From Mobula hypostoma (taxonomy: Eukaryota), in the NCBI RefSeq assembly GCF_963921235.1, contig NC_086097.1, forward strand, positions 76,634,001 to 76,698,000: DNA of 64,000 nt, given 5' to 3'. Position numbers and translations under genes: made by a program. Under the pieces are notes generated by a model, which made no database searches, was not told the DNA's origin, and saw only the letters and a list, made by a program, of their open reading frames with translations. Below are positions 26,956 through 38,181 of this stretch, piece after piece (within the stretch, counting starts at the first letter, position 1; each line of letters starts with the position of its first letter).

Positions 26956-27104
26956 CCTTCCAATGACTTTGTCTCCTTCTTAATAAAATAGAGAAAAATA
27001 AAGATAACTTATAATTTTTAAACTTATTGATCTGTTAGGATTTCAGTTATTTGTTATTTTATTATTTTATGGACAGTATCTTAGAAAATAATCCCAATGC
27101 CATA

Positions 27105-27525
27105 GTCTGTTATGCCACTGGCATTTCGGGTACCAATGAAGATTCTCCATCCCTGGTGGTGTCCAGGGCTTCCTTCATCATGTCAGTAGCTTCCTCTCGG
27201 TTTTCACTACTGTCTGTCATGCAAGTCCTGGATGGAGACGTAGGAATACCATCGCACTCAGATGTGGAAGGATTCTTCATTGCTGTTTGCATAGCAATTT
27301 TGTTTTACCAGTCAGGATTGTTAACCCTGAACAAAGCCCTCGAACCTGGAGGACTAAAGGGCCAGTAGACCACTCTTAGACTGGCTTCTACCCTTTGACC
27401 TGCTTGACGTGGGTGACCCCACCAAGAGCCAAAGCATAAAGTCCTGACTCCAGCCAATATAGCTCTCCATTTCCTTGAGGTAGCCATGCCTCCAAACCAT
27501 GACAAGGTTGTCGTCCTTTTGGAGG
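27105..27525 (-). mobile_element. RTE-derived short element, copy C
   Basis: Reverse-complement match to 8411-8828 over its length. Confidence 0.8.
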
Positions 27526-29059
27526 TTAGACAACATTGGCACCTACCTATATTTTGCCAGTTGAAAAATATTGCAAATTCTATCTGTTAACATAAATTGA
27601 TGGTACATGTTCTTTATGTGATTGTGCACTAAAGGATAATGTCAAGAATTATCAAGAAATATGGAACTAAGTTTGCAAGCTGTTCTATCATGATCAAATG
27701 ATGTTGTTGCAATACTAACTGTTTTCCAAATTTTTTGACTGTGTTTTGGAGGAAAATCTTAAATCAACTCACTGCACTGGCAGATAATGTACATGTAGAT
27801 CTAATTATAGCTCTGGTAAACTAACTGCATTTTAGCAGTGTGTAACGCAGCTTAGTTCAATCTGAATTGAGGTCAATATTAACTCTACCTTATGAGCACT
27901 TGGCCCTTCACTCATCTGTGCTACATATATTTTAAAGACATAGTTAGAATTCCATTTTATTTTGGAGCACAATACAGGTAATAAGCAACGGAAGTGTGTT
28001 TGGTAGTGTAAAATGGGCTATTTAGTGTTTCACTGTGTTGTATTCAGGGGAATTCATTAAAAAGTCAATAGAGTATGAAGATTTTTGGTGCTGCTGACTT
28101 GGAATGAAATCTGGGGGAATTGATTTCCATGCTTGTTTATTTCTCAATAGAGTTCTTTGAAAGCAGCTGTGTTGATAAATGATACTGGGTCTGATATATC
28201 TGTAGCTATTGCATTAGTCAGTCTGTGAAATAACGATACAAAACTTGTGCATGAGAATGCATAGCTACAGTTTGTGAAGCAATTCCATGCAATTCTATGT
28301 AATGCATTATCCTGCAATGAAGTTTTTAAATATTTTTAATAAGCTATAGTTAAAAAAAGTTATTCAGAGACCACATATAAATATTACAATAGAAATGCTG
28401 AAATGACAACCAAAGTAAATACCATTTCATTTTCTTTTGAAAGGTGAAAGTTAAAGGTTAGTTCTGTGAGAACATGTTCTGCTGTCTCTTATTTGGAGAA
28501 AAAATTCTTCTGGAACCATACTGCCTTCTGGTTCAGTTCTCCCTGGTATAAATTTAGATGTAGAAAAGCTGATGTTGCCAAGATGAATGTGGTTGGTGCA
28601 CTCGTCTGCCTTCTGAGACCATTGAACTAGCTCTACCACATTAGCAAAGTGATGACACATGCTAACTGCCTGCAGCATAGAATTTCTACAAAAGTAGCTA
28701 TTTCAGAAATATAATTGGATCATGATACTGTTAATTTATTCTGTGTGAACTATCTTTAGGCCTATAGGATTATAACTCTCACATAGTAATAATTTGTCTA
28801 AAGGATTACAATGAAACTTTGCAAGATAAAGCATTGTACTGTTGATAATTTTCTTATAAATTATGAAATTGTATGCAGTAATCTGAAATGGCAGGTATGT
28901 TTTTATATATTTGCTGTCTGGAAGACTGAAATTTTACTGATAAGCCATATCTTGCTGCAAAAGGGTGGTGGTTCTAAACAGACAGAGTCTAGAATCTGAG
29001 TGTACAACTAGTGTAGGAATAAAGTGATGCACTTTTGGAACAGAGATGAGGATGAATTT

Positions 29060-29285
29060 ATTCAGGCAAATCTGTGAAATTCATTATCAAGAAAGGCTGT
29101 GGAGGCCAAGTTATTGGGTGTAATTAAGGCAGAGATTGCTAGGTTTTTGATTGGTAAAGGGTTAAGCATTATAGCGGGAGGGTGGGCGAATATGGTTGAG
29201 GAAAATAAATCAGTCATGATTAATTGATGGAGTGGACTCGATGAGCCAAATAGCTTAATTTTGCCCCTAACTCCATTAGTCTTAA
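29060..29285 (+). mobile_element. CR1 3' fragment
   Basis: ggctgtggaggccaag...catgat...actcgatgagccaaatagc, CR1 3'UTR similar to 24000 and 50480. Confidence 0.7.
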
Positions 29286-29639
29286 TTAGCCTTTGAAAAG
29301 GTGGGAAGCTTTGTACTTCAGTGCATTCACTGTAACACTCCTGCCTTGATCTGTGTATGTGGCATATAGTTTGCTTCTATCAATGCACTCCACAGGGATT
29401 CCTGTGGCCATGTTACTGAAGTCCACAGCATTTATTTTGGGAGACTTTCACCAGGTTAGCTTGAGCCCAACCTCAAGCCCACTGATTTCAATGGGAATTT
29501 GGAGGACTGCACATACTACACAAAGGGGCAGTTAAGTTCCTTTTTATGTTGATTTTAATGTTTTTAGTTAAGTCGTTATTGAAGTTTTAACAGCTCATAA
29601 AAATCTGTTTAAAATTACATCTTGCGTTTTGCAGCTCTG

Positions 29640-30330
29640 TAAAACTGAGAACAGTGCCTGGCTCTTGTCTGCAACTCAGAGTGAGGTTATTATGTTGGAG
29701 ATGGAAGACTGAATCAAAAAGTTCTGGAGGCTTAGTCCCTTCAGAATACTGCACGCAGAGGGCAGGGAAAGATGTGTTTGTGGTGGTTGGAATTGAAGGA
29801 AGTTGAATGTGGACACTAATGGTGTGAAACATGAGGAAAAGAGGTATCCTGTTCTTGTTCTGGATAGAGCAGAAGGGGAGAAAAAAAACAGGAAATCAAT
29901 CAGAAAGAATTGAGAGCCCCAAGGTGAAAAGCATGGGTGAGGAAAAATGAAATTCAAAGTCCACCTCTCCACCTCCAATGAGGACTGGCTCATGGATCTC
30001 AATCTCCCTCCTATATGCTGATTGAGCACTATCTTTGATTTGGCTTAGTCAGCAAACTTCAACATGGCATTGGAGAATGAGTAGAGTACTTGGAGGAAGC
30101 ACTGTGGAAAGGAATGAAGTCATGGTAGCTGTGTGTACCAGTGGACTTGTGGTTGAATACTGTCTATTAACCTATCTATGGAAATGGTGCAAAAGTTAAA
30201 GACTGGCCATTGAAAGTGAGAGCATTGTGGATATTGACAGTGAAGGTAATGAAACATTCTGGTTCCATATGAGAATAAAAAAGAGCACTGGACTATCATC
30301 ATAGAACTGGGGAAACCCAAACAGGAAGTC
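29640..30330 (-). mobile_element. Old, highly diverged PLE remnant
   Basis: Minus-strand remnants HKSTGTHSY and NKNRIPLFLMFH parallel YKPTDSHS and ERVPLVLNY of the 4562 copy. Confidence 0.5.
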
Positions 30331-32059
30331 CAACATTGTGTCCACTCAGACAAGTTCCCATGGTTACACCTCTGAAGTAAGTGAATGAAGTTAAAGAAAA
30401 TTTTGCTCAATGGATGGACATTCAGTCAGTATTGGAGATAGAGGGGAATTGGTTAGGATTCTATTTAAAAAAAAAAGTGAAAGATGCAGGAGTGAGGAAT
30501 TAGCCATCTGTGGTAAATTTGAGCCAGTTGGGCTCAGAAAATCATAAATTGGGCCAAATTGTCAGAAATGTCACATATGCAGGTAGAAATTAATTGAGCA
30601 AGAGGAGAACAAATAGACTCAAGCTAGGGAGAAATGAGTTCTGTGAAGTGGGAATAGTATGAAATTAAGTGTCTATCAGAAATCGTGTTTTGTGGTTTGT
30701 GGGAATGGTACAGAAGTGTGCTGTACATGGTTGGGGGTCTATAATGTTAGAGGCTATGGAGGAAAGATCTCTAGAGGAAGTGAGGTAAGTTACTGTCTCC
30801 CTGACCTCGTTCCATTGCGGACATTCCATTTTAATCTTTTATCCCATTCTGCTTTTTTTGCACTCAAAATTGTTTTGTCCTCTGACAGTTGCATGTTCAT
30901 CTGAAAGTCACCATCCTAAATTCTGTTATTTTCACAGGTGTACTCTAAGTACATCCACCTTTTTTTATTTCACAAAGTTACTGTAGTTTTAAACATCTTG
31001 TATGATGTTCAGTTTTATGACAAAAGTTCAATTTGAACATTTTATGAGGTGAAACATATCATTTGAATTGTGAACATTACAGTTTGTAATCATGTGATTT
31101 GCTCATCAAACTTGTAATTCCATTTCTTCATCATATTGGAACAGATTTTTCTGGTCTGGAAAGATCTGCTCCAATATGATGCAGCAAATCTTCTTTCATC
31201 GACCACCCTGAAATAGAGGCAACTGTTCCATTATGTCCATATGGACTTTGTGGTGGACAGGGAAATTCCTTTTGGCCCAAAGTATCCCCGAATCCAGCAG
31301 TGACAGTGCTTCCATGGTAATATTGAGGAAGGCCAACTTCTGAAGCCTCCCTGTAAACTATGTCAGCAACAAAACCGTATTCTCATCTGCCAAGGTTGTT
31401 TATATCCCTTGTATGTGGAGACATTTTAATGTTGTTAAAATTGATGAAGCAGATTTTAAAAAAAAACAAAATATAAATAATTAAAGATATTAAAGTAATG
31501 TGAAATAATTTTTTTAAAAGTGATCTTTCCACACTTTTGTCTCCTAGTCTACAGCCTTCAAATCTCTTTTGAAATCAATAGGATCTTGTATCTTGCACCC
31601 TTGGACCTGGTGCCAGATCTAAGATACGGGACCCCAGTGTAAAAGAAGGACATCACAGCAAACTGAACTGCACAGCTAGGACTCTTGTATTTTACCGTGC
31701 CTGTACAGGCAACATTTTATTTAAACTGCAGAAGCCTTGTAGTTTGATTATCTAACATGCTCCATGCACAGATCAAGTTTACTTTTGACTTCCTTTGATA
31801 CATTTTTATCTTTTTTGTGTGTCTGATTCTTCAGGTAAATACTTCTGTTCATGTTAATATACTCTCTGTTTTGTGTAATTTGACCAATAATTTTCTCAAA
31901 ATGGGCATGGAACATTATCTCCCCCTTTTGCAGCCATACTTAAGATCAATGATGACATTTTAACTGAACAACAACTTACTAAAGCAGATCTGATTAAAAA
32001 TATACATCAAAGTTGCTGGTGAACGCAGCAGGCCAAGCAGCATCTATAGGAAGAGGTGC

Positions 32060-32095
32060 AGTCGACGTTTCAGGCCGAGACCCTTCGTCAGGACT
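32060..32095 (-). ncRNA. Minimal type I hammerhead ribozyme motif (antisense arm)
   Basis: Minus strand reads agtc CTGACGA agggtctcggcct GAAA c gtc gact. Confidence 0.78.
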
Positions 32096-32145
32096 AACTG
32101 AAGGAAGAGTGAGTAAGGGATCCCTTACTCACTCTTCCTTCAGTT

Positions 32146-32181
32146 AGTCCTGATGAAGGGTCTCGGCCTGAAACGTCGACT
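32146..32181 (+). ncRNA. Minimal type I hammerhead ribozyme motif (sense to RYR3)
   Basis: agtc CTGATGA agggtctcggcct GAAA c gtc gact: stem I agtc/gact, complete core, stem II agg/cct, loop-less palindromic stem III ACGT, GUC cleavage triplet (cut predicted after 32177). Confidence 0.8.
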
Positions 32182-32351
32182 GCACCTCTTCCTATAGATG
32201 CTGCTTGGCCTGCTGCGTTCACCAGCAACTTTGATGTATGTTGTTTGAATTTCCAGCAGCTGCAGAATTCCTGTTGTTTTCTGATTAAAAATATTTGAAG
32301 TCTTCAATAAGGTATTTGAAGCCTCAGGGGTTTAAGTTTGAAATGCTAGCG

Positions 32352-33055
32352 TAGTGGATTTTGGTTAATTGGGACACATCGAGACCAGTACACTTTGGCC
32401 CAATTAAACGGCTGCCCCAATTAGCCGATGTTTCATGGCAATAGTTTAACAAAGACGAACAACCATTTAACTGAGTAACAAGTTACCTGTATGTATTTAA
32501 ATAAAATACAGAACAAATTATAACACTACCAATATTACTATAGTACTATAAAACTGTATTAGTTCCTAATAGTTTTGATGGAGGAATTCATCCAGTGTAT
32601 GCTGCTATGGTCTTTTGATCGACTGTAAAAGAACAAAATCAGCGCTGACACCTAGTGCAGATAATGGGCTTCCTGCATGAAGTACTGTCAAATATCACTT
32701 TTTCAATTTAGCATTGATTGGCCCAAATAAATAACATAGCACAAGCATCTGTAACTGATGCTATTTAAAAACTGTTCACTCTAAACACGGTGTTGTGTCT
32801 AACCGCTACACAATTGCATGCGACTGGCACTAGTTAGAAACTATTGCATCCTTCAAATCTTCGTGTCTGACGGCCAGATAACTGCATGTAACTGGTGCTA
32901 GTTAGAAACCGTTTAGCTTCAACAGTTTCTTGTCCCTATTACTTAGAATAGTGTAACAAATAAACAAAGGAAATCCTGTTTATTTTCTCAATTAGTTTCT
33001 GTTTTTTTAAGAGTTGTCCCAAATAAGTGGCTGCCCAATTAACTGGAATCCACTG
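32352..33055. mobile_element. Non-autonomous DNA transposon (Tigger/pogo-like MITE)
   Basis: TIRs tagtggattttggttaattggg / cccaattaactggaatccactg (18/22 match); subterminal ggctgcccaatta repeats; no ORF. Confidence 0.8.
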
Positions 33056-33289
33056 TGCTACCCTGAAATATGAATTAGGTTGTGTTCTCCAGCTTAAACA
33101 AGTGTAGGACATCAATGATTAAATAAATACATTTAAACTCTTTCCAATGTTCATCAAACATGTTTTATAACAAGATTATTGCACTCATTTATCTTCTGAA
33201 AATAATCGTAAACTTGCTGCATTGCAATTATACTTTCTTGTTGGAGAAGGTCACTGGTGCCACAATTGGATCTATGGTTTAACTGAAGA

Positions 33290-33660
33290 AGAACAATTTA
33301 TATTTGTATTGAACTTCTTTCAACTGTAGAACATTCCAGACTACTGTACTGACGATTATTTTGAATTGCTGATGCAAGTTAGCTAATTTGAGCACATCAA
33401 TCTTCTAGTGACGTTAACTGTAAGATAAAATTATGCTAATGTTCTTCGGATGACTCCCAATTCCTTCAAAAATTTGTGATGTAATCTTTCATGTCCACCT
33501 AGAGAGCAGCCAGAAACTCATTTTAAAGTTGCATCTAAAAGATGGATCACTACAAATAAACAAAACTCTCCCACTACAGAACTAGAGTGTCAAACTAGAC
33601 TTTGTGCTAAGGAGTTGGATCTGCAACCTTCTGTCTTGGAGATGAATGTGGTATTATTGA
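33290..33660 (-). mobile_element. Old DeuSINE (SacSINE1-like)
   Basis: gtccacct.gagagcag...catctaaaagatgg...gagtgtcaaactagactttgtgct...caaccttctg follows the reverse Deu-domain/tRNA head as I recall it; diverged. Confidence 0.55.
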
Positions 33661-33856
33661 CATCTCTGAAATCTTGCATGGAAATGCCACATGTGCATAA
33701 TTGCCAATAGGACCTCAAAACTTTGGATTTTTCATTCTGTATATACAAATGTGTAAGTTCTGAACTTGATAGCACTTATTAGCAAGTGTTTTCCCCGTAC
33801 GTTCCATTGCTCCCTCCTCCTCATGCTCTGTCTCCCTTTTTATTATATATAACATA

Positions 33857-34262
33857 ACTGTCTGTTACACCTGGCACTTAGGGCAGCAGTAAAGGTCCTC
33901 GATCCCTGGCAAGCACAAGGCTTCCTTCATCATACTTCTAGCTTCCTCTCAGTTTTCTCTCAGTCATGCAAGACCTGGGTGGAGACAGGACTACCATTGC
34001 ACTCAGATGTCGAAGGATTCTTCATTGCTATTTCTGTAACAATTTTGTTTTACCAGACAGGGTTGCTAGAGCTGTTAAACCCATGAACCTGGAGGATCAG
34101 TAGACCATTCTTGGTCTGTCCTCTACCCTTTGACCTGTTAGGCATGGGTGACCCTACCAAGAGCGAAGGCATAAAGCCCTGATTCCAGACAACGTAGCTC
34201 TCCAGGTCATTGGGGCATGCAAACCTCCAAACCCAGTAACAAGGTTGTGGTCCTCTTGGAGG
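33857..34262 (-). mobile_element. RTE-derived short element, copy D
   Basis: Colinear with 27105-27525. Confidence 0.8.
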
Positions 34263-37200
34263 TTCCTACCACAGCATGGCATTTAAATTCAGGAATATGC
34301 TAATGAGGATACAATTGGCTTTGTATACAAGTCAATATTGGGAAATCTACACAAGGTAAATATGCCTTCTTTTGTAAGTCAGCAGCTGACCATGAAATCC
34401 AGGCTACTCATTTTACCAAAGCAGACTCTTATTAAAGTAAACAAGGTCATTTGTAATGGGCATATAAAAGTAAGGACAGAGTGTACAGATTTTTGCCATA
34501 AGTGCAAATACTGGTTGTGCATCCTAATATAGCTATTCCTCATACTTAATCCCCAATTCATCTTAAAGCCACATTTCATCTTGACTTCCCATGTATAATG
34601 CCATCGAAGATCAACTAATACATAATGTGTGTAAACATAAAGATCATATTTCCTGAACAATTTGTGCTATTCCAAAATGATTACTCGATTTACAAGTATG
34701 AATTTCTGGCTTGCAAACTATTTAGTTACTTGATTGCCCTTGAGCCATAGGCACAAAAATAATGTAGGCTTTAAAGAATGCTGGTATACCTCAACAACTA
34801 CGGATATATGAAAAGGAAAGTATCTTTTCTCTGTCATCAGTGGGATCATCCTTGCTATATTACAATATTGAATACGTTGTTGAATTATATTTAACAATGC
34901 CAAAGTTGCACAAATACCTTCTCTTGCCAACAGTGATAAACAAGCACCTTAAGTGACTGAACAAAGTCAATTGGTGGGAAGTATAAGCCACTGCTAATAT
35001 GGATGAATAATTATCCAGTAAGTTTGAAAGATGTAAGATTAAAGAATCATCAAAAGCCTCGCAGTGATGTTATTAAAAGTAAAATGAAATGGATAAAGGG
35101 AGGATAAAATTTGCTTTGTGTTGAAGTAGAAGGTAAATATAAGAGACAGCCAGTTAAAGTTTTAAGTAGTTAGATGAGGCAATGCTACTGAGATTTTGTA
35201 GCTAGAGATGGGAGCCAGATTTGCAATGCTTTGTCTTGTGATGGCTTGGATCAGAAAGAAAGGACTGTTACCAACATTGCCAAATCTAGATTTGGTCATC
35301 CACGAAAGAGATTTCATTATGAGCGGTCAAAACCATTTTGAGACTGAAGCAAATGCATGAGTTGCTATACACAAGGAGTTATTAAGCAAAAGTTTCTCTT
35401 CTTTTCTCCTAGTTCTGTGTTCTGATTATATGATTAACGATCAGTCTCATGATTACACTTTGTACTGCCTGCAAAGTTCACACCATTTCCTTTGCATCAC
35501 ATCATTGTTAATAAATATAGTGGCTTAGAGTTTGGACTAACTATAGTACAAGGCAGTTGATGCATTATTGCCTGAAATTGCACTCTACTGTTAGAAGCTC
35601 TGAACTCAATATTTTATTTGCTTTCGTGCTTGCTCCTCCATGGAGATTCTGCACGGTGAATTCTGTTTCAATAATTCGTTGATCACAGCATGCTGATTAC
35701 TGGCTGCAGTGTCAACATCCTAACTGAAATCAAGTGTGAATAATCACAGGATTTTTGTAAATTTACAAAACAGGTGAAGATCCACTGTTATTTAGCCCTT
35801 TTCTCATCTTTAATTGCTGTAAAATGGACCTGACAGTTTTTACCCTTTATCATCTTTGTTATATCATCATTTTAGATTTAGTCTTAAATGATAACCTTTC
35901 CAGCTTCAAATTCGGCTTGGAAGTTTTAGCATAAAACACCACTGGAGTTTTCTTCCTGCAATGTGCTTAAATAGTATGTTAGATAAGCAACATTATTTCT
36001 TTTTTGAAAGAAAAGGATCAGGGGATGTTAGCATTGAACCTTCTTCCTTCTCTGGTTTCCAGTATCATATTTCAAGTTAGCTGAAGACATTTCACTATGA
36101 AGAAGATGGAATATTATATTGATGTACAGCAGAACGTTTTGCCTAAATGCAGAGTATGGGAGTATGACTTTTTGTTTCTGGTTCTTCACAGTTCTTTGAG
36201 AAAATTCACAGGACTATTTTCCTTCATGCATGTATATTACCTATAAAATGCAATCTTTCATGATACTTGCTTCCAGAACCTTTGAAGGCAAGCTGTTCAT
36301 ATGGTTGCTTTGAACAATGAGGTCTATTAAAGGCTACCTTCAATGTTATAGTTTACAAATCAGCTACCTATCATAAGTCAGCTTCATCATTCAAGCTCCA
36401 AAAGCTAGACTTTATGGCTGTCAGTATTCTGATCATTTTTTCCCCCACAAGCTCATTTCATAAAATAAACAATGCATTCCTTTTAAAATGCTTCCAAGCT
36501 ATCCAGTTTATCTTAAAAAATCTATTGCTCCAAAATAAAGAAACATTCTATCCCTAACTTGCAAAATCTACCTCAAGAAAGCTGTTAGGGGATTGATTAT
36601 TCCCCTAGTATGCCTAGACACACGGAGACTTGGACGAACCTTTGGAGGTTAATATGTACTTGGAGAGATCAGTTACTGGCTTCTGTATAACATTGTATGT
36701 TTGATTGTCAATCACTTTTGATAATATGACCAAACTTTTCAGAGAGGTCTTCTGTCTCATTTGACCAATGTATTCAAGGAAGTCAGAAGTGTTTGTCAGA
36801 CGGGATTTGCCCCTGCCAAGTACAGGCTGAAATTCCCCATCTCATCTTGAGAAACAGTTCCTGTTAATCCACAGAGCTTTAGGTTTGTAGATTTGTGGCT
36901 AAACTAGTTCATAAATTTTAAAAGTCCACTTTCATGATGTAACATTGGTGTAAATTTTTATTAAATATCACTCATCCTTAGTTGTTGCAGGACGCATAGT
37001 GGAGGCCTTTCTACAATTGATATAATTTAAATTTCCACAGTTCTGTTATGTAGAAAATCTTCTACTTTTGCTTCAACGGCCAATTTCTGATTGATGCTTT
37101 TATTTCAAATATTTGCTGTTAATGTAGAAAACATGTTGAAAATGTGAGTGCTTTATTCAGTTATTGCTGTATTGGCAATGTATGACATATTATAGGCTGC

Positions 37201-37349
37201 AAGAAAAATGTTAACTTGGCCTGATTGCCTTTAAATTTTCAACGTGGTCCTATTTTGTCCAACATTGTCCTTATGACAGATGTTAAGAGAAAAAGTAAAG
37301 TAAGTTGAGAGGAAGATTGAAAGGAAAAATATAGATTGGTCAAGTGAGC

Positions 37350-37535
37350 CAGGTATCTCCTATGCTTAATAAAGTGGCCACTGAGTGTATGGTTGTGGTC
37401 TTCTGCTGCTGAAGCTCATCCACTTCAAAGTTTGATGTGTTGTCTGTTCAGAGATGTTCTTCTGCACACCACTGTTGTAATGCGTTACTGCTGCCATCCT
37501 GTCAGATTAAATCAGTCTGATCTCTCTCATTAACA
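37350..37535. mobile_element. Tc1-like non-autonomous DNA transposon fragment
   Basis: Contains taataaagtggccactgagtgta, a Tc1-type TIR followed by TA; partner TIR not seen. Confidence 0.5.
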
Positions 37536-38181
37536 AATAAAGGGAAACCACTTCCCTTTATTTACCCTGATCAATTCAGTTATCTCCTTCTACCCTTCCA
37601 CTAAATTATCTTTGCACCACGAAGCTCCGGTTAACACTAAAAGACAATTTTTGATGACATTCAGAATTAAAATAGTTGGATAATCATTCAGCTTTTTCTG
37701 TGAAATGTTTTTGTAATCTTTTTGATCTTAAGCTGATAACTAATGACCTTGAAATTACCCTGTAGTGCAAAAAGACATATTTTTGAATTTCCCCTGTGCA
37801 TTATTTTATTGGAAGCACTTACCCAGAAAAATACATTAAAGGTCATTCATACTACAATTTCACACCATATAACTTCAAAGCAAGTGCAATATAACATTGA
37901 ATTATATAGATTCTCTCTCACATAAATAATCTGTTTGGACCAGCTGATTTCTACTCTACTAGAGCATTTCTCATCCTTCCTCATTTAATTCCATCTGTAC
38001 AAACCTCCACTCAGTTCTTCATCACGTGTTTATTGAGTTTGTCATAGATTTTTCCATACTATTCCATACGATTTTGCTACAGCAACTTCATTCTTATTAT
38101 TCACTGGCTATAGAAGCTTTCTAGGACCCATTTTGACTTCTTGATAACTTTTTTGCTCTTCCTCACAACTGGAAATACAGT

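Larger units (their letters stand above)
32004..32279 (+). mobile_element. Fold-back (palindromic) PLE terminus with about 40-bp unpaired 3' extension and 15-bp TSD
   Basis: Palindrome 32002-32239 centred on ggga|tccc, one mismatch; TSD tctgattaaaaatat at 31989-32003 and 32280-32294. Confidence 0.93.

Noticed and set aside
32002..32239. Palindrome as a pure assembly artefact or a DNA-transposon MITE
   Set aside because: The long TSD, asymmetric tail, one arm mismatch and homology to PLE 3' ends favour a real retroelement insertion; read-level confirmation is still advisable.
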